Part shown: positions 23,915 through 33,435 of the stretch, one piece after another
Numbering within the stretch: the first letter of the stretch is position 1
How the letters are laid out: each line of letters starts with the position of its first letter
Assembly: GCF_004010195.1 (NCBI RefSeq)
Contig: NC_057718.1
Coordinates: 13,809,249 to 13,842,683 of the forward strand
DNA length: 33,435 nucleotides
Direction of reading: 5' to 3'
From: Chiloscyllium plagiosum
Taxonomy: Eukaryota
Position numbers and translations under genes: made by a program
Notes under the pieces: generated by a model
What the model saw: the letters and a program-made list of their open reading frames with translations, nothing else
What the model was told of the DNA's origin: nothing
Database searches by the model: none

Positions 23915-24595
23915 TGGAAAAGTCCTGGGGAAAATTGACAGAGAGATCTGTCAATGTTCAGGTCCATGGTTCCCCAAAGGTGGCACGCAGGTCGGTAGAG
24001 GTGTCAAAGAAGGCATACAACATGCTTTACTTCATCAGATGGGGTATTGAGTACAAGAGTTGGCAGGTCATGTTACAGTTGTATAGGACTTTGGTTTGGC
24101 CACATTTGGAATACTGCGTACAGTTCTGGTCACCACATTACCAAAAGGATGTGGGTGCAGAGAAGGTTGCCTGGTATGGAGGGTGCTAGCTATGAAGAGA
24201 AGTTGAGTAGATTAGGATTATTTTCATTGGAAAGAAGGCAGTTGAGGAAGGACCTGATTGAGGTCTACAAAATCATGAGAGATGTAGACAGGATGGATAG
24301 CAAATAACTTTTTCCCAGTGTGGAGGACTCAAAGTGAGAGGAGAAAAGTTTGAGAGATATAGTGGAAAATTCTTGACGCAGAGGGTGGTGGGTGCCTGGA
24401 ATGCATTGCCAGCAGAGGTGATAGGGGTGGGAACAATGGCGTCAATTAAGATGTATCTAGACAGATACATGAATGGGCAGGGAACAAAGGGATACAGACC
24501 CTTCGAAAGTAGATGGCAGATTTAGATAGAGGATCTGGATCGGCGCAGGCTTGGAGGGCCGAAGGGCCTGTTCCTATGCTATTTTGTTCTTTGTT
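23915..24595 (+). mobile_element. CR1 LINE 3' fragment
   Basis: Translates to LQLYRTLVWPHLEYCVQFWSPHYQKD, SYEEKLSRLGLFSLERRQLRKDLIEVYKIM and FLTQRVVGAWNALP across frameshifts. Tail GAGGGCCGAAGGGCCTGTTCCTATGCT...TTGTTCTTTGTT. Confidence 0.9.
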
Positions 24596-25500
24596 ATCCA
24601 CTCACTGCTGCTACCTCTTCTAAAACCCTAGAATGCCGCCCATCAGGCCAAAAGGCATTTGTCAAAATTTAGTCACTATTTTTTAAAATGAAAGACTTTT
24701 CCATTCCTCATTCTTACCATGATATTTGATCCCTACAGTACGCAGCATATTCCTTGTGTCATCTGCTGTCATGATGGTGCACAGAATTGCTGCACATTTC
24801 TACCGATTTCCTTATTCCCTATTATTTCTCCCTGTTCCTACTTCCAAGGGACCAAAATTTATTTCCATTAATCAAAAGCTTGTATAGTTTTTTTATATTT
24901 CTTGCTGGTTTTACTCTGACCTTGTATTTTCTCCCTCTATCAATTTCTTCATTGTCGTTTGCTAATGTTTTAAATCTGCAGACTTGCTACTCTCTTTGGC
25001 AATATTTGTAAGGTTTTTTAAAATTTTAAACAATCCTAAACTTCTCTTGTTATCCATAACTCTAAGTTTACCATTGGAGAGGTATACTTCATGGGGAATG
25101 TGCTGTTTCTTTAATTGCATATCATCTCTTACATACTGGCATATCACACTGCTTCAGCCAGCTAGCCCCTATGGCTTTACAGTGGACTTTATATAAATTT
25201 AAGACCCTATTTCATGCCTTAGCTGCATGACTCAAGCATAAAATGGAACTCCATTGCACAATGATTGCTTTTTCCCAAAATATGTATAAGATTGCTAGTA
25301 AGCCATGTCTTATTGCACAATACTAATTCCCAAACAGCCTGTACCGTCACTAGTTTCTAAACATCTATTATTCTTGAAAACCATCTTAAACTAATTCTAT
25401 GAACTCACCTCAACTACCTTTGCTGATTTATTTGACCTATTCTATCAGAAGATCCTACAATTGTGGTATCACTCTCATTACATACTCTAATATACCTGAT

Positions 25501-25794
25501 GTGGAGATGCCAGTATTGGACTGGGGTGGACAAGGTCAGAAATCAAATGACACAACTTTATAGTCTAACCATTTTATTTGAAATTGCAAGCTTTTGGACC
25601 TCAGCTCCTTCCTCAGGTGTGGTACATAGAGAGGTATAAGACACAGTATTTATAACCAAAATATTAACAACTTTAAAACTAGCTGCCCTTGTCAAATCCT
25701 TTAATCAGTTAAAGGAGGAAGGGAGGCGAGCTCCAAAAGCTTGCAATTGCACATAAACTTATTGGACTATAATCTCGTGTCATGTGATTTCTGA
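25501..25794. mobile_element. Older Penelope-derived element with imperfect inverted ends
   Basis: TCAGAAATCAAATGACAC...TTGCAAGCTTTTGGA is inverse to TCCAAAAGCTTGCAA...GTGTCATGTGATTTCTGA. Degenerate TSD TCTAATATACCTGAT (25486-25500) / TCTAATGTACTTGAT (25795-25809). Confidence 0.7.
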
Positions 25795-26130
25795 TCTAAT
25801 GTACTTGATTTTTAACTGTCCTGTAACCATTTTAAGTGGACCTATAAACTACTATCAAGTGATTTTTGCCTTTTGTTGTTTATCCATGTTAATCCTGCAT
25901 CTTTATTTTTCAGACTAAAATCCATTCTATCTCCTCACCTCTTACGATTATTTTTATTTTTGGGGTACCCTTTATTGATGGGCATCTTACCTCCTTCACA
26001 TTTTGCTTACTTTATCTAAGTCCCATATTCTGGAATATTTAGTTCCCAACCTTGTACATGCTGCAGACATATTTAATAGTTTTTGGTCAAATCCATTTAT
26101 CTGTATTGTGTTATTAATTCAGCTATCTTA

Positions 26131-26215
26131 ATCATAGAGATGTACAGCCTGGAAACAGACCCTTACAGCCTGGAAACAGACCCTTCGGTCCAACCTGTCC
26201 ATGCTGACCAGATAT
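26131..26215 (-). mobile_element. Very short CR1 3' tail fragment with internal tandem duplication
   Basis: ATCATAGAGATGTACAGCCTGGAAACAGACCCT followed by a second TACAGCCTGGAAACAGACCCT, then TCGGTCCAAC. Confidence 0.75.
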
Positions 26216-26354
26216 CTTGTTATAAATTATTTCTGCATTCAGATATACTGCCTTTAATTATAGCTTCATACTATTTTTTCCTATTATGACCTTCACTGGT
26301 GCTCTAGGACATAACCTTAGATTTAGTGAGTAAAATGGGGCACTCTGGAATGAT

Positions 26355-26440
26355 CTGAAAATGTGTTGCTGGAAAAGCGCAGCAGGTCAGGCAGCATCCA
26401 GGGAACAGGAGAATCGACGTTTCGGGCATAAGCCCTTCTT
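26355..26440 (-). mobile_element. Short Penelope-derived insertion with 14-bp TSD
   Basis: CTGAAAATGTGTTGCTGGAAAAGCGCAGC...GACGTTTCGGGCATAAGCCCTTCTT flanked by CACTCTGGAATGAT at 26341-26354 and 26441-26454. Confidence 0.9.
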
Positions 26441-27289
26441 CACTCTGGAATGATGTTTTTTTAGCCCAAAAGTTTCTGATACAGAGCCAAAAGGTTTGGC
26501 ATTCAGCCAAGGTCAACACAAGTCCCTGATTGTGTGACTCATCTGTAATTTTCAGCACATGTCCTGTTAGCCTGTTTTATAAATAGATGGGCACACCATG
26601 CCTGCACAAAGATAATAAGACACTTTGAGTACAGTCGATGTTTAGTTGGCCTGAGCTGGGTTTAATTAAATGTTCGTGTAGCAGCAGGATGACACTGTTA
26701 CTTGTTACAGCTGCCTGCTGTGAATTAATCCACGCAAATTTAGAGTACTTCATGTTTCATCATCAATCTATGCTGGTTAGTTGATCTCATCAAGAATCAA
26801 AACAAACATGGTGTCAGTAGAAGAAAAGTCATGCTTGATTCCTACTCCTGATTATTCTGTTAATTTCTACAGGAGGTGTACGTTGAAGACAGAATCATAC
26901 TTGGATGTAATTCACTTCATAATGAACTGCTTACAGCCCCTGGCATCTACAGAATGCTACAAAACTTTGCATCTCTTTTTCATTGCACAAGCTCCATGCC
27001 AATGGATTAACAAGTCCAAACCCAATCCATCCAGCTTACCTTTCCTTTTCATATCAATCTCTTCAGGTTGCACAGGATTACATGCCTTATTCAGAAAGCT
27101 AGCTAGGGGATCAGATTTGAGGGAAGGAGATCCTTTCTCAACCTAACCTTCAAAGATTTCGATTTGTCAGCTGTTTGCAAAGCAGCAGTTTGCTTTGTCC
27201 ATTATACGAAACTTTACTCCTTCAAAGAAAATCAAAGTTGGGAACAATTTAAAAATGGCATGTTGTTTGTGCTTTTTCATTTGTAACAG

Positions 27290-27517
27290 ATTCTCTGCGG
27301 CAAAGAGATCCCTCGCTGGGTTAACCGACTGGCTCACTTCAGTTCCTGCATTCCATTTCTCCAGAGTTGCTTGCCGAAAGAATGGCTGACACCTGCCGCA
27401 CTCCAGACCAGTGTAAGCCAAGAGCTGCAGGATGAGCTCGGGGAGGGAGAAGGTGCAGCAGCTTCAACTTCAGCTTCCGCTTCATCAGCGAGCCCAGGCC
27501 GCCACACCAAATTATGA
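27290..27517 (+). CDS. DESI2: DESI2 terminal coding exon 5 (228 bp including TGA)
   Basis: Acceptor TTTGTAACAG|ATT. Translates [75 protein letters not shown], matching the DESI2 C-terminus as I recall it. Confidence 0.96.
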   Translation: MLCGKEIPRWVNRLAHFSSCIPFLQSCLPKEWLTPAALQTSVSQELQDELGEGEGAAASTSASASSASPGRHTKL

Positions 27518-30500
27518 TCCTGCACAGTGGCTTGAGACTGTAGACAATACTGACTATTTTTTATTTACAAAAAAAAGGTAATCACAATCATTAGAAACTG
27601 CTCTGCAGGGTGCTGAACATTCGAGATCCTTGTTTCTCAGTCTAATTTTTAACAATATCTTACCTGGCAATTTTTCCATGCTCAATTATGTTTCATAGTT
27701 GATACTCCACGTTCTATCTTGTGCTAAAATATCACCCACTTCTTTTTGATAGTTTGAGGGGTCATGGTTTAAAAGAAAACTTCTTTTAAAAGCTATACAT
27801 ACAGTATTTTGGATAATTGTTTACAAAGTCCCGTTACTGGGATCAACACTTGATGACCTGTTGTAATGATAATACCGGTAATTTTATATTTTGTAAAGCA
27901 CTCTAACTGTGGTAGGCTGGTATAGTAAATAATGAAGTCACACTTCACTGGTGATTAATCTCCAGCAACACTCTTAACTCCCTCTTTGCATTGCCCTCCC
28001 CACAACCACCTTTGGTTCACTAAATGATGCAACATAGAGTTGACAGATTTTTTCTTATTTCTAAAGATATTCAAAAATAATCTTTTCAGCTGTATTTTTC
28101 AGAGAATGCACAAATACGGCAAAATCAATTTTTATATGCTTCTATAATTGTCCCAGCCTGCAACATCTAAAGTTAAAATGCTATCACTGTAGACAGTACA
28201 AAACATCAAAATAAGCAATAAGCCTTTCACCAGCATTCTCGATGAACAGGGAATTTGAGTTTGTTATCGTGAAATAATTAGTGTCTCTTCTTGAGGCAGA
28301 GAATCAAAGACTTCTTCAGATGCATAGACCTGTAAGTGAAATCGTCCCCAGTACTAACTGGCATTCTGTTCAGGATGCTTCTTCCTGCTAACATTGTATG
28401 TAGTTTGTTTTAAAAACTTAAGAGTCAAGAGTTGCACCTTAAAGAATTTTGAAACCTGCAGGAACTCTTGTCTGATCATTTCCTAACTAAATGATATTGT
28501 AGGAGGGATTAGCGCCTTAAAATGTACACTTAGATTATTGTGAATCATGAAATGAGATAAAAGTACTCTGTCATTTTCTAATTATGAAATACCGTTGACA
28601 ATGTCAGAAGTCATTTTAAGGAAGTTTTACTTTTCAGAAGTGATTTACAGTATTCTAAGAAAGTGGTGTTTGATCATGTGCATATCTATCTACTGGGGTT
28701 GAATGATTTAACAGTCCCAGCTTTGTGCAAACCCTCATTCCTTGCCTTTCCGTATTCTTTTTTGTTTTGAAACAAAAGCACTGTACATTTCAGCAACCCT
28801 TTAGCAGATTGTCTTTGCATTGACACTGCGCTGTTGTGTGCCTTAGAGAGTTTGTAAATGGGGTATTACAGACTATCCTAAACTTATAAAAGGTGACTTA
28901 AAGGGACATTGTGTTTCTGTGCTTGGCAATCATGCGTACACGAACCCTCCTTGGGTACCATGCCAAAATGATTTTTCTGGCCAGTCCATAGATGTCATTT
29001 GCAAAAAAAAGCTGTTTAATTTTTATTCAACCTGTTTGATGTTAGAACGCACTTACTAAGAAACTTATCACACAATGTACAATTGGAGAGGTTACACGGC
29101 AAAGTTGTCAAATATTGAGCAAGATTGCTAGGAGATGTTAATGGCACGTCGTTTGTCAGAATTTGTATAATTCTGAAAGAAACTGATTCTGATTTTAATT
29201 ATACTTCACACAGAAGTTTTTGACATACGCCAAGAGTTGTGTTGCAATGCAATAGTTTTCCTAACACTGCCTAACTTGTCGAGTGATGCAACTACTGCCA
29301 AGGTTGCTGGCCATGGTTTCCTTACTCCAGAACAGAGCTGATTCTAGTCAAGTGACTAGCCATATCAGTGAGTTCGCTATCTCTGCTGCTGCTTTCTGAG
29401 GAGATACATTAACTGAGTGACAGGCAAAGCCAAACAACTCATCCTAATGCCAGCTAACACCAACTGATTTGATTGTGGTGTGCTTTGCCAACCAACCTGG
29501 TGATGGATTGTCACATGGAGTTGCAGGAAATGTTTTTGTAGTGTGTATCATAAGGGAAAGTTATATGGTTAATATTGACCAAGAAATGGATTTGTAATTC
29601 CCTGTATTTTTAACCCTTTGGAGCCCAGCAATCACTTCGTGTACTATCCAAATATCTTTCTAACAGAACCAGGTATAAAGCATGGCCACAGTTATTGCGA
29701 TGATACCAAACACTTTATAGCTCTGAATTTGACACCCATTTTCCCTGAACTGCTGGATCCTGAGCACAATACCACTAACATACCTGTGCAAGCGACCTAT
29801 CCAAGTTAATTACATAAATTTGTTTCAGACATCCCCTACCCTCTGAAGCTGAGCTGTGAATAATGGACTGGTTTAAGAGAATAGTTGAGGTGGATATCTC
29901 CCATTGCTTCATTGTCTTCACTTGATCTGCACGGTGAAAAGGTCTGTGTAATATTTCAGACCATGTTGGTAAGGGGTGGGGTGGGGGAGTAAGTCTGAGC
30001 CGTCCTGGAGAAAACTTGATAGCCACCAGGTAAATAGGTAGAGCAGTCTGGCTGCAAACACGACACTCTGCTAGGAAAATAAGTCACTCTGTAAGACTAA
30101 ATCCTGCTTTAAGTCACATGTTGGAGTGGTCGAAAAGATATTGGTCATAGCCATCTATCCAAATAAAGTTAGGATTAACTATGCAGCATTGGAATTGGAT
30201 CTTTAGAGGGGGGTGAAGGTAGCATGGCTTCTGTTCATTTGATCTCTGGACTGAGGGGGTTAAATACCAGGATGATGGTCTAAGTATTGGACTGGCCTTC
30301 TGTAGTAGCACTGCCTCAGTGAGTGAGATTTTTCAGGCAATGTGCCTCTGATTGTGTCTTGGATTAAAGTTGCGCATGTCCACACAGCACTGCCTCTTAG
30401 GTGGTACAGAATATATTACGTACCCGATTGCTAGGGTACTTCTGTGAGGTGCCTTTTAATTGTGACACAGGGACCTATTGGTGATCCAGGTCAATTCATC

Positions 30501-30685
30501 CAAAATACCTCGTAACATTTTCCACTCCAGTAGCTGTATGTAAAATTAAGTCATGTTGTATCTAATTTAAGCAAAGGGTGGGGAATAGTCCCTTCACTGT
30601 TCCTGATCTTGCAAACTGTACTTTATTTTTTTGAACAAAATGTGATGATGGCATTAAAGAGAAACTTGTTTGTTCTAAAACGTGA
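27518..30685 (+). other. DESI2: Putative long DESI2 3' UTR
   Basis: AT-rich stretch after the stop with no recognisable CR1/Penelope/SINE copy, ending at an ATTAAA with a U/GU-rich downstream region. LINE fragments resume soon after. Confidence 0.55.
30653..30658 (+). terminator. Candidate polyadenylation signal ATTAAA
   Basis: Preceded by several TGTA motifs and a T-rich tract (30535-30632), followed by GTGATTGCTTTTGAATTTTTTTT. Alternatives: AATAAA 30162-30167, ATTAAA 30363-30368. Confidence 0.5.
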
Positions 30686-31094
30686 TTGCTTTTGAATTTT
30701 TTTTATTGTAAGATCTTCAATTGCCAGCACTTACAATGTAATGTTCTGCCAGTATTGCTGGGTCAAACTCCCTCTATAACAGCTTTATGGGTGTTACAGC
30801 ATTGTGGGGATACCTCCATCATATGGACTGAAGCCGCTCAAAAAGAGGATCAACATCATCAGCTTGTAAGGACATCTGGGATAAGTTTTAAATGCCAACC
30901 TAACCAGTGACACCCACATGAACAAATCATTTTTAAAAATATTATCTGCACCTTCCTTGCCTCCAGAAACACTGGCAAACAGTGACATTGGCGGTGATCT
31001 TTCAGAAATCACTGGAATCAGGGATGGTCCTAGAGGACTAGAAAATGATTATGTTTAAGAAGGGAAGGTGGCAGAAGGACTATAGCAAGTGTCC

Positions 31095-31785
31095 ATGACT
31101 GTATAGGTAAAAGTGACCACCTCACTGTCCTTGTGGAGACAAAGTCCCGCCTTCACATTGAGAATAACCTCCATCGTGTTGTGTGGCACTATCACCGTGC
31201 TAAATAGGACAGACTTTGGACCGATCTAGCAACTCAAGACTGGGCATCCATGAGGTACTGTGGGCCATCAACAGCAGCAGAATTGTACTCGCAACAAAAT
31301 CTGCAACCTCATGGCCTGGCATATCCCCACTCAACCGTTACCATAAAGCCAGGGGATCAACCCTGGTTCAATGGAAGTATAGGTGGGCATGCCAGGAACA
31401 GCATCAGGCATACCTAAAAATGAGGTGTCAACCTGGTGAAGCTACCAAACAGGACTATGTGTGCGCCAAATGGCATAAACAGCAAGTGATAGACAGAGTT
31501 AAGCGATCCGTCAACCAACGGATCAACTCTAAGCTCTGCAATCTTTCCACATCCTGTCATGAACGGTGGTGGACAATTAAACAACTCACTGGCTGGGGAG
31601 GTGGCTCCATAAATATCTACATCCTCAATGACTGAGGACTACAATACATTAGTGCAAAAGATAAGGCTGATGCATTTGTAGCAATCTTCAGTCAGAGGTG
31701 CCGAGTGGGTGATCCATGTATGGCTCCTCCAGTGGTCCCCAGCATCACAGATACAGTCTCCAGCCAATTCAATTCATTCCACATG
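31095..31785 (+). mobile_element. Decayed LINE ORF2 fragment (end of endonuclease and linker; CR1/L2 group)
   Basis: Reads SDHLTVLVETK...VWHYHRAK and later WWTIKQLTG and SAKDKADAFVAIFSQ, with stops and frameshifts. Ends abruptly at ~31785 where a different CR1 begins. Confidence 0.65.
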
Positions 31786-31831
31786 ATGGAGCTGGATGAA
31801 CTACGGATCATTTGGGAGGCTGAGGGGGTAA

Positions 31832-32569
31832 TTGAGAGGAGTTACCGGGAGTTGGTCACTCCTAAGGCTCAGGACAAGGATAAATGGGTTACAGTTAGGG
31901 GGAGGAAAGGGGACAGTCAAGACAGTGCAGAGATCCCTTGTGGACATTCCCCTCAGCAATAAGTATACCGTTTTGGATACTGCTGGGGGTGATGACCTAC
32001 CAGAGGAAAGCCATAGCAGTCAGTTCTCTGGCACTAAGAAGGGAAGGGGGCAGAATAGAAAAGTACTTGTGGTAGGGGACTCGATAGTTAGGGGAATCGA
32101 AAGAAGATCTTGTGGTCAGGATCGGGATTCCCGGAAGGTATGTTGCCTCCCTGGTGCCAGGGTCCGGGACATCTCCAATCGGGTGTATAAGGTTCTAAAA
32201 TGGGAGGGCGAACAGTCAGAAATCATGTTACATATTGGCACTAATGATATTGCCAGGAAAAGGATCGAGGATATAAGAAGTGATTTCAGGGAGTTAGGAT
32301 GGAAGCTGAAAAGCAGGACGAACAGAGTAGTGTTCTCTAGTTTACTACCGATGCCACAAGATAACGAGGTGAGGAACAGGGAGAGGGCGCAGCTTAATAC
32401 GTGGCTGTGCAGCTGGTGTAGGAGGGAGGGCTTCAGATATGCAGATAATTGGGATACCTTCTGGGGAAGGTGGGACCTGTACAGGAAGGACGGGTTGCAT
32501 CTGAACTGGAAGGGGACCAATGTCCTGGGTGGAAGTTTTGCACGAGTAGTTCGAGAGGGCTTAAACTAG
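31832..32569 (+). mobile_element. CR1 LINE ORF1 esterase (SGNH/GDSL-type) domain, open for 245 codons, 5' part frameshifted/truncated
   Basis: Motifs LVVGDSIVRG, CLPGARVRD, LHIGTNDI and DGLHLN, immediately upstream of an APE-type ORF2. Confidence 0.88.
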
Positions 32570-33435
32570 TATGGCAGGGGGGTGGGAACCTGAGCTGTAT
32601 ACCGGAGTTGAGAGTTGATCCAGATAAGGCAGTAGCAAGAGGTAGACCAGCTAGTGGGAAGGATTTTCCTGGGAAGGAACCAAGGTATCAGTTAAAGTGG
32701 GTTTGCTTTAACGCAAGGAGTATCAGGAATAAAAGTGACGGACTTAGAGCATGGATCAGTACCTGGTGCTATGATGTTGTGGCCATAACAGAGACATGGG
32801 TTTCTCAGGGGCAGGAATGGTTGCTGGATGTTCCAGGGTTTAGAGCATTTAAAAAGAATAGGGAGGGGGGAGAAAGAGGAGGGGGTATCCTCTAATCAGA
32901 GGATACTAATCAGAGAGGGTATCACAGCTACAGAAGCTTCCATTGTCGAGGAAGATCTGCCTACCGAGTCAGTATGGGTGGAAATTAGGAACAGCAAGGG
33001 AGCAGTCACCTCTTTAGGGGTTTACTATAGGCCTCCCAATAGCAGCAGGGAGATGGAAGAAAGCATAGCTCGGCAGATTTTGGAAAAGTGTGGACGTAGT
33101 AGGGTTGTTGTAATGGGTGACTAACTTTCCCAATATTGATTGGAACCTCCTTCGAGCAGAAGATTTAAATGGAGCTGTTTTTGTAAGGTGTGTTCAGGAG
33201 GGGTTCCTAACTCAGTACGTTGACAGGCAGATGAGGGGAGAGGCCATTCTAGACTTGGTGCTCGGAAATGAGCCAGAGCAGGTATCAGATCTTTTGGTGG
33301 AGAGCATTTTGGTGATAGTGACCACAACTGCCTCACATTCCACATAGCTATGGAGAAGGAGAGGATTAGGCAAAATGGGAGGATATTTAATTGGGGAAGA
33401 GGAAACTATGATGCGATTAAACATGAGTTAGGAAG
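32570..33435 (+). mobile_element. CR1 LINE ORF2 AP-endonuclease domain, frameshifted, runs off the window
   Basis: Motifs CFNARSIRNK, DVVAITETW, GVYYRPPNS, VVVMGD/NFPNIDW, AILDLVL and SDH, split over several frames. Confidence 0.9.

Noticed and set aside
27497..27517. C-terminal HTKL as a peroxisomal PTS1
   Set aside because: TKL is not the canonical (S/A/C)(K/R/H)L signal, and this ending is, as I recall, the usual DESI2 terminus rather than something peculiar here.
27334..27525. Antisense ORFs over exon 5
   Set aside because: Shadow frames of the DESI2 coding exon.

Overview
Eukaryotic, repeat-rich vertebrate genomic DNA. The CR1 LINE, HE1/V-SINE-like and Penelope-like repeat content points to a cartilaginous fish (shark); this is an inference. 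The only host gene I can support is DESI2 (PPPDE1, PPPDE-family isopeptidase) on the + strand. Four coding exons are present (7188-7260, 7971-8064, 12423-12564, 27290-27517; called exons 2-5 because the N-terminal exon was not found and is presumably upstream), followed by an apparently transposon-free ~3.1 kb putative 3' UTR. Most ORF-track entries are decayed retroelement fragments or noise. The most striking structure is a ~2.6 kb inverted duplication (2451-5082 / 19058-21666) bracketing exons 2-4. Those exons total 309 nt, start and end in phase 0, contain no stop codon and carry both catalytic residues, so the layout suits back-splicing to an endless-ORF circRNA, in-frame triple-exon skipping, or inversion. 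The arms show patchy identity, and one arm boundary coincides with a CR1 3' end, suggesting 5' transduction. Other notable items: a GC-AG intron, several Penelope-derived hammerhead-ribozyme-like motifs, a 65-bp perfect target-site duplication and a ~540-bp fold-back with a 58-bp perfect stem. Repeat boundaries and identities were read by eye and are approximate unless stated as exact.
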